A stretch of 64,000 nt of DNA, taken from IMG/VR virus record IMGVR_UViG_3300003690_000011, positions 3,278 through 67,277 of that record; one strand, given 5' to 3'. Source of the DNA: a virus. The notes below the pieces were generated by a model, which was given only the letters and a program-made list of their open reading frames with translations, made no database searches and was not told the DNA's origin. Below are positions 48,180 through 57,824 of this stretch, piece after piece (within the stretch, counting starts at the first letter, position 1; every line of letters starts with the position of its first letter). Position numbers and translations under genes: made by a program.

Positions 48180-49811
48180 CTATGGAGCCTCCGATCCAAT
48201 AGCTCCTGGGCTAGTTACCAGAGATGTACGCTCGACTATTCGCCTGGAAATTTCAACTTGCTCCGCAGTTAGTCCCAATAACTCTCTAAAATCATCATTG
48301 GTTATTCTACTAAACACCGTTTCTGCCATCGTATCCCTCCTTGCCTCCACATCATCTCGCAAAGCTTCAGAATGAGTCGTATAACTGTCTATTAGGGGGC
48401 GCATTATTCTCTCACCTAGAGATCTATCATCTTCCGCTCGTTCCCGTGCTCTTTCGTTGCGCGCTCTGATTTCGTCGGCCTCCTCCGCTGTCAAGAGTTT
48501 AAAACCTGCATACTCTCTATCAAGTAAACCAAGCGGAGACGCACCCAACCCGAGCGCATCGACTGGACCGGCTGGACCGATAACGTCCCACACCTTAAAA
48601 AGTCCCCCCATGACGTTACCTGAGATTGTAAGGATTTTTAATAAAGGAGCAAGTGAGGCAGTTAATTCTTTAAGTTGCTTCTCCCAAAAATTAATGATAG
48701 GTATTAGCCCACTTAGCCACCCAAGAACGGTTTTATCTAAGTCTTTCATTATTTTAGGAAATTCTTTTTTTAACCAACCTCCTACTGTCTCGGCTAATGC
48801 CGAACCCATTGCAGTAAAAGACTTAGTAATTCTAATAACCTCAGGAGTAAACATTTCAGAAATAACTTTAAATAATGGTGTAAGTATCTCGGATTTTAAA
48901 GTTTCTATAGTTTCAAAAAAGCGAGTCATCCCCATCGCTTGTTTCTTGTTACTCTTCTTTAATTCATCACTAAGTAACTTAAAGTTCATAATATTTGTAC
49001 CTAAGTAACTCTGAGTAATTCCTAGTAGTAGTGGCATCTCCTTGCTGCCTGCTGCAAACATTTCCACGCTCTCAGCCGCAGTATGGATCGCGTCTACCAT
49101 TATTCGCATGTCCTCAGTTTGAGACTTCGAGGCAATTAATTGTTGTTTTGTTTGGTCAACCCCCAACATAACTCTTTGCCCAAACTTATCAATGCTTACA
49201 TCCATAATCTCAGCAACTACTTTATTAAGTTCTGGGAGCATATCACGACCTACGATCCCCGCTAACTCAGTTACTGCCCCTGTAAGTTGCTTTCCTATAC
49301 CAAGCATACCTGCTACGGGCATTACATCAGATAAACCATCTAAGGCATCTACTAATACTTCGGTACTGACACTGTAAGTTTTATTTAAAATTAATATCTT
49401 ACGAGTTAGCTGATCTGTAGCATCTCTATCCAATCCCGCAATAGATTCTAATCTTGCGAATGTCTTCGCAGTTTTGGCATAGTTAGTACCTGTTAACATT
49501 TGCTGGTTTATTAGTTTAGCAACTCCCTGTGTGTTACCTTGTAAACCAGCCTCTAAGGCCATAAAAGCCCCAACATACCTAGTAGTCAGATCACCCCGTA
49601 ACCCCTCGATTGACCCAGCAAACTTAGTCTGAGCCTCCTTATAGGTCATGCCTAATTCTAGGGATGCCTTCTGTGCCCTGTCACCAAACCCAATACTCTT
49701 TGTAAATGCTGTTTCTATGGATTGGGTAAGTTTATCTACACCCTTAGCTAAGAGTGCTAGTGAACCATGTAGGGCTGCAAACCCCATCGCAGCAGGTATT
49801 GGTGGCACCAT
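48180..49811 (-). CDS. Tape measure protein
   Basis: 543 aa Ala/Leu/Gly helical composition; upstream of the tube initiator. Confidence 0.65.
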   Translation of the reverse strand: MVPPIPAAMGFAALHGSLALLAKGVDKLTQSIETAFTKSIGFGDRAQKASLELGMTYKEAQTKFAGSIEGLRGDLTTRYVGAFMALEAGLQGNTQGVAKLINQQMLTGTNYAKTAKTFARLESIAGLDRDATDQLTRKILILNKTYSVSTEVLVDALDGLSDVMPVAGMLGIGKQLTGAVTELAGIVGRDMLPELNKVVAEIMDVSIDKFGQRVMLGVDQTKQQLIASKSQTEDMRIMVDAIHTAAESVEMFAAGSKEMPLLLGITQSYLGTNIMNFKLLSDELKKSNKKQAMGMTRFFETIETLKSEILTPLFKVISEMFTPEVIRITKSFTAMGSALAETVGGWLKKEFPKIMKDLDKTVLGWLSGLIPIINFWEKQLKELTASLAPLLKILTISGNVMGGLFKVWDVIGPAGPVDALGLGASPLGLLDREYAGFKLLTAEEADEIRARNERARERAEDDRSLGERIMRPLIDSYTTHSEALRDDVEARRDTMAETVFSRITNDDFRELLGLTAEQVEISRRIVERTSLVTSPGAIGSEAP

Positions 49812-49823
49812 ATAATATTCCTC

Positions 49824-50321
49824 CTATTCCCCTTCTCTCGATACTCTTCTTATAGGTCCATCTATTCGATTATAAATATATGTTCTATAACTATCTTCTG
49901 GAACTACTATATCCATTATTTGTTTCAATTGTTTCAACGCGGTTGTCGCTGGATTAATAACTTTAGTGGTCTTCCAGCGCCCTTCTATCTTATCTAAAGA
50001 TTTATAAATGTCCAATCCTTGATCCATTTTTACTCTTCCCATTTTATATAGAATATTTAAAGCTCCTAGGTCAAAAGTCCCGTCTACAGGGAGGGTGAAG
50101 CCCGTCATGAGTTTGTTTCCTGTACGGGCGCTTCGAAAAACTGGTCTAACTAGTAGGACTAACCTATCACCCTTGCTACCCTCACCTGTAATAGGGTGGT
50201 ACTTGAAAAATAATACATCCCCTGCACGACAACTACTTCCCGTCACAATTGCAACCTGAGTAAAGGGGTCCGCTCCTACTTTATCTAAAAAATCTGAAAC
50301 TTTTGGTGAAAATCTACTCAT
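49824..50321 (-). CDS. Possible DNA end protector (T4 gp2-like)
   Basis: G....F.Y.P...LVL...GF...YRTY pattern; weak. Confidence 0.4.
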   Translation of the reverse strand: MSRFSPKVSDFLDKVGADPFTQVAIVTGSSCRAGDVLFFKYHPITGEGSKGDRLVLLVRPVFRSARTGNKLMTGFTLPVDGTFDLGALNILYKMGRVKMDQGLDIYKSLDKIEGRWKTTKVINPATTALKQLKQIMDIVVPEDSYRTYIYNRIDGPIRRVSREGE

Positions 50322-50361
50322 AGCTATTATTATATATTGTTCTTGGAAGATAAAATAAACA

Positions 50362-50661
50362 ATGCATAGTGAAAATCTTGATATAGATATAATTGATTTT
50401 TTAGATTTACTTAATGAAACATTAAGTGCTTCTTTCGTAGAAAAATGGCGACATAAATACTCTGAAAAATTTATAAAGCATTTTCAATTAAAGATTCTAG
50501 CAGCCTTGAATAAACAAAAACCTCTTAAAATTGAAATGCTTTATAATTACTTAACCAGGAAGTGTAAGTACTCGGATGAACAAGTACTTAATTTCTTTCA
50601 TACAATAGATATTGAAATATACAGTCCTTTTATTTACGGGCGTCTGAAAAAGCCTTTTTAA
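50362..50661 (+). CDS. Hypothetical protein
   Basis: 99 aa ORF filling the gap. Confidence 0.6.
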   Translation: MHSENLDIDIIDFLDLLNETLSASFVEKWRHKYSEKFIKHFQLKILAALNKQKPLKIEMLYNYLTRKCKYSDEQVLNFFHTIDIEIYSPFIYGRLKKPF

Positions 50662-51421
50662 GTTTCTTACTTTCTTCTATTGCTTTTTCACAACTACGAT
50701 GATCACTAAATTCAGGACAATGGTTCTTTTGCCAAGGACACCAGTTGCAGAAATCATTCCTACTTGGTTTCATATCTAGTTTCTTTTTCTTACGGATCTT
50801 CCAGACCTCATCTACTATTTTGCGTAGATGAGCATTTATCTGAGGAACGGAGTACTGCACAAAAACGAATGTATTCGTCAGAGGGTAGTAATGTGCCGCA
50901 ACTATATTAGAAACTTGGGTATCATACAATTTGCCTATAGCGTAAGTATACCCCTTTAGTTGAGTATCCTGGTAAAGCTCCACTTTACTCTTTTGACGCT
51001 TTGAAGTCTTATAATCAATAATTAGGTATCCACCGTCTTTTCCCTTGATCACTCGATCAATTACACCATTTAAAGTAATGTCATCTTTTACGGGAACTTC
51101 GAAAACTAATTCGGTTGCAACCGTTTCCCCTAACTTTGCGTTAAATTTAAGAAAATTCTCAATACACGTTAAATCTTTACCTGTGTACTTCTTTGATACC
51201 CTGTATGAACCCCTCACCTCCTCAGCAATCTGAACTAATTCATCCTTTGTGGTGGCTTTTACACCATCTTCAAGAACTTTGTGGATGTATGATCCAAAGT
51301 GCAAAGCTTCAGTATTCACTTCCTTCGGTTCAGGTAGTCTATCAACATACCTATAGCGGTACTTAAGTTGACATTGTTTAAAAGTTTGATATTTTGATTC
51401 GGAAATTGTTTTAATGTACAT
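50630..51421 (-). CDS. PD-(D/E)XK RecB/Cas4-like exonuclease
   Basis: C..KY, FGSYIH, GVIDR, IIDYKT, QL..Y, C.WC...C (Fe-S staple pattern). Confidence 0.85.
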   Translation of the reverse strand: MYIKTISESKYQTFKQCQLKYRYRYVDRLPEPKEVNTEALHFGSYIHKVLEDGVKATTKDELVQIAEEVRGSYRVSKKYTGKDLTCIENFLKFNAKLGETVATELVFEVPVKDDITLNGVIDRVIKGKDGGYLIIDYKTSKRQKSKVELYQDTQLKGYTYAIGKLYDTQVSNIVAAHYYPLTNTFVFVQYSVPQINAHLRKIVDEVWKIRKKKKLDMKPSRNDFCNWCPWQKNHCPEFSDHRSCEKAIEESKKLKKAFSDARK

Positions 51422-52403
51422 AATAGCTCCTCAGTTTATTAGAGACTACATTACTGAAAAATTCAGCGATGTTGGCAAACTCTCTGCTAATGATCGAGAA
51501 TTTATCCTCCAATCTGTTTTTGTTGAGAATGATTGGAAACGCCACATGAGTATCAATTTAGATAGTGGTCTGTGGCAATGCTTCAAAACAGGTAGAACAG
51601 GTAATTTCACAAGCCTCTATGCCCATATAGAAAATATACCTTACTTTCGAGCCCAACGAGACTTACTAATCAAAAACTTCGAATACTTGGGAGAAGAAGT
51701 ACCTAATTTAAATTTACCTCCTCCAGAGTATGTAGAATTAGATACTTCCAAATTACAGCCTATCTCCATATCTTCTGCATATAGTGAAGATAAAAATGTG
51801 CTACTTGCATGGAGCTTTTTATTTGGTAGAAAACTTTTTAATGAATCTTCTGAAGAAGAAGAACCTTTTTACTTATGCATGGAGGGAAAATTTCATAATA
51901 GGATTATTATTCCATTTCGAAAAGATAATGTAGTTTATTACTACCAAGGAAGAACAATCTCTGACGCTAGGCCGAAGTACCTCAATCCCTCCACGGAAAT
52001 AGCCCCAAAACCCTCAAATATTCTTTACCCTTACGACGAAGAGGCTAATATGCTAGTCGTATGCGAAGGCCCCCTTGACGCTCTCTCGCTTCAATTAAAT
52101 GGCGTTAATGCTACATGTACTATCGGGTCTTCCGTGAGTCCTACCCAAGCTGAAATACTATCTACCTTCAAAGGAAAAATTATTATGGGATATGATAGTG
52201 ACGAAGCAGGGCAACGAGGGATTGTCAAATTTGATAGATTAAGAAAAGAAAGAAGGATGGACACTTTTGAAGTTTGTTTCCCTCCTTCTGGGCACAAGGA
52301 TTGGAATTCGGCCCATATTGCTAACTTTGATTTAAAGTCTCACATCACAAGAAACAGCAAACTATACGATTTTGAGTATAGGATGAGATTTAGCTTATTG
52401 TAA
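51414..52403 (+). CDS. DNA primase (TOPRIM)
   Basis: RIIIPF, YYQGR, PKYLNP, VCEGPLDA, YDSDEAG, KDWN. Confidence 0.88.
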   Translation: MYIIAPQFIRDYITEKFSDVGKLSANDREFILQSVFVENDWKRHMSINLDSGLWQCFKTGRTGNFTSLYAHIENIPYFRAQRDLLIKNFEYLGEEVPNLNLPPPEYVELDTSKLQPISISSAYSEDKNVLLAWSFLFGRKLFNESSEEEEPFYLCMEGKFHNRIIIPFRKDNVVYYYQGRTISDARPKYLNPSTEIAPKPSNILYPYDEEANMLVVCEGPLDALSLQLNGVNATCTIGSSVSPTQAEILSTFKGKIIMGYDSDEAGQRGIVKFDRLRKERRMDTFEVCFPPSGHKDWNSAHIANFDLKSHITRNSKLYDFEYRMRFSLL

Positions 52404-53367
52404 AGTAATAAGGAACTGTAATTATGGTTTCATTCAATATACCATACTTTGCCGTAACCATGTAAGTGCCTGTCAAACCACCAAAATTAGCTACATTAGG
52501 ATGAGTAGCTAGAGTTGTGGTATCAAACCTCCAGACAATAGTATTATCAGCCGTAATATCTACAGTCGCGCTAGTATCCGAATACCCCGAAACTGGCACA
52601 TGAGCAGGCAAGGAAACCGAACCCTCATTAACTTTATCTACTCTAACCATCGCGCTCGTAATAACGGAATCTTTAAAAAGATTTATAATACTTTCATCCA
52701 AGTCCTTATTTTGAATATTTACAGTTGTAGTAATTTTTAGATTTTCTATTGAGGATAATGTCAGATGTTTATTTACTAATCTATTTTCGGTGGTAAGTAG
52801 AACAGGCTGAGTAACCGAGAAAAAAGTATCATCGTACAGATGGAAATCATTAATTAGAGATTGGTATTCCGATCCGTTATTAAATTTTAGAGTCCAAACA
52901 TCAATATAATCATCCACACTGGTAGCATCATTCGCAATAACTGTACTTTCATTACTGTTTATATCACTATAAAAGGTATACAATCCAAACTGGGGTTGCG
53001 TTCCAACTTGCACATCCCCGTCTAGCACGCAAACATATTCTCCTGTTTTCACACGAAATACACCACTTAACGAAGATAAATTTAGGGGATTATACTCCCC
53101 CTCAGGGAGTGCCCCACCCGTATACTCATGAGTTGAAGCAGCAAAATGCATCTTAATTATATCCGTGGAAATGGAGGACGCAACCACATTACCATCTAAT
53201 ATAGAATCAGGAGAAATATTTGCTGCTTTCTTAAAAATTGTTACCCCACTAATATCGGCAGGATCATAGTATTCCCCATCATTAATAAAAAATGCTCTCA
53301 GAGCCACTTTTTGAATTACTGTAGGTCTATTATGCCTATCTACTACGCTAACTCCGTTTAATTGCAT
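52390..53367 (-). CDS. Hypothetical protein, probably structural (beta-rich)
   Basis: 325 aa with beta-rich composition; follows the gp26/gp51-like pair. Confidence 0.55.
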   Translation of the reverse strand: MQLNGVSVVDRHNRPTVIQKVALRAFFINDGEYYDPADISGVTIFKKAANISPDSILDGNVVASSISTDIIKMHFAASTHEYTGGALPEGEYNPLNLSSLSGVFRVKTGEYVCVLDGDVQVGTQPQFGLYTFYSDINSNESTVIANDATSVDDYIDVWTLKFNNGSEYQSLINDFHLYDDTFFSVTQPVLLTTENRLVNKHLTLSSIENLKITTTVNIQNKDLDESIINLFKDSVITSAMVRVDKVNEGSVSLPAHVPVSGYSDTSATVDITADNTIVWRFDTTTLATHPNVANFGGLTGTYMVTAKYGILNETIITVPYYFTIS

Positions 53368-53539
53368 CTGCTTGCCGTTCCTGATCTTCTCGTAAGAGGT
53401 TAAGGAAGACTCCCCTCTCCACTCTAGTCATACCTTTTACGTCTAGATACGAGAATCTTCCCCTATTCACAAGTATATAGGCTTCTAATAGAAGAGAATC
53501 TAAATCAATTATCTCTTCTAATTCACATCGAAAAAATTT
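53348..53539 (-). CDS. gp51-like / GT-like ORF in the -1 frame of the gp26-like gene; not in ORF track
   Basis: KFFRCELEEIIDLDSLLLEAYILVNRGRFSYLDVKGMTRVERGVFLNLLREDQERQADAIKRS*; has the F/W.Y.D...M...ER..F...L motif of gp51-like proteins. Confidence 0.7.
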   Translation of the reverse strand, partial: KFFRCELEEIIDLDSLLLEAYILVNRGRFSYLDVKGMTRVERGVFLNLLREDQERQADAIKRS

Positions 53540-54264
53540 GCATCTATGGGTAGATCAACTACGGAGACCTCCTCACAGCCAGTGCATTCGAATTTAACCA
53601 TTGTGTCTACCCCAAAATCAGTATGCATAGCCTTTAAAATTAGTCTCATATCTTTAATAGGTAATTTTTCTAAAACCGCATTAACAATAGTTTTATCGCT
53701 GTGCCCCCCAATCTCTAGAACAAATCTCCATAGTTGAGATAGGGCTTTTGCACTATCCTGAAATAATTTCTCATCCCGTACTCTAGGCAAGCGTATTTTA
53801 GCCTCTTTTTTAATAGACGGAAGGGTTATAATTACGGGATCAACAAAATCATCTGGAACAGGATTTACATTTAGCTGCGATAGTTGAACAACAGTAGGGT
53901 TTTCTGCTCCACAATTTTTACAAATAAGTAACGTGTGATAATCATCCCCATACGAGATTTCTCGTAATTTCATAATTAGATATAATTTATCAAGAGAAAG
54001 CAAATCCCCTATCTTAATATTTGTAGTACATCGTTGGAGAATCATATTTACAGGATCCTGATCTTTTCCCGCACTTACAATATGTTTTTCATCTTCAAAT
54101 GTCATAGATCTAAGCGTGATGGGAGCACCAGGATCTTCCAATGTATAGACCCTATTTTCAGAAGGAAGTTCCACTTCTATTGCGGTGTCCGTAGGTAGAT
54201 CCTTTAATAACTCATCAATAATTTTTTGTTTGGCTTCTGCCGTAGCAGGACTCTGTTCTAACAT
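53518..54264 (-). CDS. gp26: Baseplate hub assembly chaperone (T4 gp26-like)
   Basis: VELPS, MTFEDEK, L...D..Y....LREISYG, two CxxC pairs, terminal FF; GGAGG RBS. Confidence 0.8.
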   Translation of the reverse strand: MLEQSPATAEAKQKIIDELLKDLPTDTAIEVELPSENRVYTLEDPGAPITLRSMTFEDEKHIVSAGKDQDPVNMILQRCTTNIKIGDLLSLDKLYLIMKLREISYGDDYHTLLICKNCGAENPTVVQLSQLNVNPVPDDFVDPVIITLPSIKKEAKIRLPRVRDEKLFQDSAKALSQLWRFVLEIGGHSDKTIVNAVLEKLPIKDMRLILKAMHTDFGVDTMVKFECTGCEEVSVVDLPIDANFFDVN

Positions 54265-54295
54265 AAAATAACCTCCATGATTTTGGTTTACATGC

Positions 54296-54304
54296 TATAA
54301 TAGT
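54296..54304 (+). promoter_or_regulatory. TATAATAGT element directly before helicase start
   Basis: tataatagt-atg-atg, with no SD sequence. Confidence 0.55.
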
Positions 54305-55604
54305 ATGATGAAAATTCATGTAAATACAATAAATTCAAAGATTCAGACGGACAATCCAAAAATTTTAGAGGCATTATATGAATTATACTCCTTTAAGATT
54401 CCTGGATCTGAATATTCATTAGCCTATAAACGCAAAAATTGGGATGGAAAGAAGCACTTCATATCAAGGGTAGGAGTTTTTAGAACAGGATTATTAAATA
54501 GAGTAGTCCGTGATTTAAACAAGATTGATTGCACACCCCAAGTAATCTATTTGGCAAATTTACCTGATAACACTCCTAATAACTGGCAAATACAAGGATT
54601 CAAATATTACGATTACCAAGAAGAATTAATTCTAAAAGGGATTAATGGTAAACGAGGGGTAATTAAATCTCCCACAGGTTCGGGAAAGACTCTCATCATG
54701 GCTGGTTTAGTTAAAGCCCTTGCTGGGCAGAAGATGGTAATTTTATTTAATGCTAAACAACTCTTAAAACAAACTTATGATTTTTTTACTAAAGACTGTG
54801 GTTTGGATAATATTGGGATTTGCTTTGGGGAGGGTTATATTGACGGTGATATTATGTTGTGTACTGTTCAAAGCATTGAGAGGATCCTGGATACACACCT
54901 CAGAGAAGCAAAAGTCCTAATGGTTGATGAGTGCCATGAGTTTGCAAATGGCAAAACTACACTCGCTGCCATAAGCTCATTTCCAAATGCACAATATCGT
55001 ATAGGCTTTACAGCCACACCTTCTTCCGATAAGATACCTAAATATAATCTAGAGGGGGCATTCGGCCCTGTGTGGGAAGTAGTTAGTACCGTAGATTTAA
55101 TTGAATCAGGAAAACTAACAAAGCCTATAATACAATTGATTGAGCGATCATATACAGCTAGTGGTATGGATGAAGATATGTCCTACCCAGAAGTTTATGA
55201 TGAGTACATCGTAAATAATGATTTACGAAACAAAGTAATTAGAGAGATTACAGATGACATCAAAAAACGATTTAAGCGAGCCCGTATACTTATACTTACC
55301 AAATCACTTGCTCATGGAAGAACCTTGGAAGACCTACTTGGAGAATCATGCGAGTTTCTTGAAGGGGTTAACTCCATCGGAGAACGGTATAAGGCTATAT
55401 CTAGATTCAGAAGATCTAAATCGTCTAGCATCCTCATTGGCACTAAAATCCTGCAAACAGGGATCAACATTGAAGAAATCACACATTTCATTAACGCAAG
55501 AGGAATGAAGTCATTTTCTAGATAAAGAAAAATATCTTAGAGATCACTCCTTAGCTCGTCAACGTCACTATAAAAAAGAAGGACATAAAGTAATAATATT
55601 ATGA
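54305..55604 (+). CDS. uvsW: UvsW-like SF2 helicase, frameshifted near 55513 with motif VI missing
   Basis: YQ, PTGSGKT, DECH, TATP, TGINI. The C-terminal FLDKEKYLRDHS..R...Y..EG is in the +1 frame (55515-55604). Confidence 0.85.
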
Positions 55605-55828
55605 GAACATCCCACGATATAAGAAAAAAGGCTTCGGCATTATCAGAAACCGATAAAAAAACTCTTCTAACTCTAATAGAAGAATTAAAATTTATTATAG
55701 ATCATCCTAAAATAAATGAGGACATGCTAATAAAGCTAGGAAATATAAGTACAACAATTAATACTTTTAGAGAAAATTACATGTGGCGCATTCTTAGAGC
55801 CATTAAACAAAATCACATGCTAGACTAG
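55601..55828 (+). CDS. Hypothetical protein
   Basis: 75 aa; ATGA-coupled to the helicase tail. Confidence 0.6.
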   Translation: MRTSHDIRKKASALSETDKKTLLTLIEELKFIIDHPKINEDMLIKLGNISTTINTFRENYMWRILRAIKQNHMLD

Positions 55829-55888
55829 CACGTAGCTATGCACCTTTTCAGCAGTGGGCCACGACGGGCCATCCCCATTTTTTTACTG

Positions 55889-56122
55889 TCATTGTTCTAC
55901 CTCAGGTATAACTATTGTTGGGTTAGCTAATTTTAGTTTTAAACCCCAGTTTTCCATATCTCGCCTCGTCCATTGATCTTCTAATTTATTTGTTAGAGCT
56001 TCTAGTTTATAATTAATAGAATTTAATTCATTACTAATCCATAGAAGTCCTGTACATATAACTATTACTAAACCCAACGGCAGTAAAGTGTCTTTAGATA
56101 TTATTGTTTTCTTTTCTGTCAT
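55889..56122 (-). CDS. Small single-TM membrane protein
   Basis: Hydrophobic LLPLGLVIVICTGLLWI followed by a coiled coil. Confidence 0.55.
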   Translation of the reverse strand: MTEKKTIISKDTLLPLGLVIVICTGLLWISNELNSINYKLEALTNKLEDQWTRRDMENWGLKLKLANPTIVIPEVEQ

Positions 56123-56982
56123 TAAGCTAACCTCTGTACGAACAATGTCGAACTTTTCATCAATTGAGCATTATCTCCCGATCCCGAATTAATTGTTACT
56201 GATATGGGTTCAGTTGTCCTTACAAAACCCACCCAAGTTCCTACGAGATTGTGAGGATCAGTTACACTGTGTACTCTAATATTAAACCTATGAACTAGGG
56301 TTGAGCCCGTATAAAAGGACACAGTAATAGTTATGGCAGCAGCTACCTCTGTAACCCCAACAAATTCAACTTTATATACCCCATCTGCACTAACTTCTAA
56401 TGTATTATCCGTATTATTCCATAGATAATACCCATCTTCTCCTCCACGACCCACAGAAGAGACTCCTTGAACTGAGGTTCCTGCTCCAAAATTAATTTCA
56501 GAAGTTCCTGCTGTACCGTCCCCCACCGCACTTAAGAAGCAAAATCCTCCAGGAGGAGATGGACAACTTAAACTAGCAATAGTAGGTAATGCTCCTGTCA
56601 TAGTAGCTACTGAATTTTGAGAAGAAACAACAAGAGTTTTAGCAAACTGAGACCCACCACTCACATATAAATCCCCACCAACAGTTAGGTCAGTACTACC
56701 TCCTGAACTTAAGTCTGCGGTAAAATGTACTTGCGTTAAATTGGAGTTAGTTATTGCAATTGTTGGGGTACTAAAAGTTCCCCCAGCACCAACCCACAGC
56801 TTACCACCTTCATCCCATGTCGCAGATTGGTCAAAAACTTTAGTTATAGCTTGCTTAAGTTCATCATCAAGAGTTCCACTTGGGAATGTATCGCCCGCAG
56901 CTACACTAAAAGACGCTAAACCACTAACTATGGTAGAATCATCTGGGTCTGTTGAAGCATAAATCTGATCTCTTTGAACCAC
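56122..56982 (-). CDS. Putative virion decoration/fibre protein
   Basis: S/G/T-rich, with a C-terminal V.ADGVYKV...STLFVQRL BclA/C1q-like pattern. Confidence 0.5.
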   Translation of the reverse strand: MVQRDQIYASTDPDDSTIVSGLASFSVAAGDTFPSGTLDDELKQAITKVFDQSATWDEGGKLWVGAGGTFSTPTIAITNSNLTQVHFTADLSSGGSTDLTVGGDLYVSGGSQFAKTLVVSSQNSVATMTGALPTIASLSCPSPPGGFCFLSAVGDGTAGTSEINFGAGTSVQGVSSVGRGGEDGYYLWNNTDNTLEVSADGVYKVEFVGVTEVAAAITITVSFYTGSTLVHRFNIRVHSVTDPHNLVGTWVGFVRTTEPISVTINSGSGDNAQLMKSSTLFVQRLA

Positions 56983-57401
56983 TACGACCCTCCACTAAAC
57001 TGAACAGAGGCTGGACAAGTAGCTGCCGTCATAGCTTCATTTACTGATTTATATACCCTTACCCCTAATACATCACCCAAACCCCCCGCTGTAATAGCGG
57101 CTGGGAGTGCCGTCATAGCGGCTGCAAGGGTTAATGTTGTAGATCTAAAAATATTACATTTTCTATCGTAAATTCGTATCCCCCATCGAGGACCTGAGGA
57201 ACTAATCCTATTAAACATTAACTTGTAATCGTTTCCTCTAGCTCCTGCTAATTCCCCCTTTAAATGAAAGGATATAGATCTATCTCCCGCCGAATCATAA
57301 AAGAGAGCAGCGGCGTTATTACTGGGAAGCCTTCCAGAAGCCTTATTTCCCATAAAATAAGGGTTTAATTGTCCAAAAGGAGAAATCCCAAATCTAGACA
57401 T
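56982..57401 (-). CDS. Hypothetical, probably structural
   Basis: Tightly coupled gene in the operon downstream of the portal. Confidence 0.5.
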   Translation of the reverse strand: MSRFGISPFGQLNPYFMGNKASGRLPSNNAAALFYDSAGDRSISFHLKGELAGARGNDYKLMFNRISSSGPRWGIRIYDRKCNIFRSTTLTLAAAMTALPAAITAGGLGDVLGVRVYKSVNEAMTAATCPASVQFSGGS

Positions 57402-57824
57402 TTAATTTCCTTTAGGACGTTGGAAATCTCGGAGAGGATTACCCGTATAGACTTGTCCATAGTTTATCATAAGAAATAATGGTTCAGCCAAATACTGTGA
57501 AACATAAATAGTATCAACTCTATCCATATCAGGTAACAAAAGCTCAACAACACCTTTTTCCACAGTAGCAACTCCTCCTGGCACGCCACTTACTAAACCC
57601 CACATTCCCATAGCTGGGAAAATAGTGCCATCATTCTTCCCACTCGTAGCAATACTAGAGGCTGCAACGCTAAACCAATTACCTCCATCAGTGTCTCCCG
57701 ACGCTGTTACAGAAATAAAATTTACCGGAAGCTTATTTCCTGTAGTATCTGTTAATGTAATTGCACTAGCTCCTAGAGAGTCCAAATATGCAACTTTCGA
57801 ATAAGGCTTAAATTGTTGATTCAT
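57402..57824 (-). CDS. Hypothetical, probably structural
   Basis: Tightly coupled (ATGA); beta-rich. Confidence 0.5.
   Translation of the reverse strand: MNQQFKPYSKVAYLDSLGASAITLTDTTGNKLPVNFISVTASGDTDGGNWFSVAASSIATSGKNDGTIFPAMGMWGLVSGVPGGVATVEKGVVELLLPDMDRVDTIYVSQYLAEPLFLMINYGQVYTGNPLRDFQRPKGN

Noticed and set aside
48457-49008. 183-aa plus-strand ORF and other antisense ORFs in the track (e.g. 1103, 1113, 5766, 30874, 57813)
   Set aside because: They lie wholly antisense to well-supported genes and show no motifs.
50630-51421. Cas4-like nuclease as a CRISPR component
   Set aside because: Stand-alone nucleases of this type are common phage recombination enzymes; no array or cas1 nearby.
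55829-55888. Possible tRNA, ncRNA or terminator in a GC-richer intergenic stretch
   Set aside because: No cloverleaf or convincing stem found by eye; no tRNA or rRNA recognised anywhere in the window.
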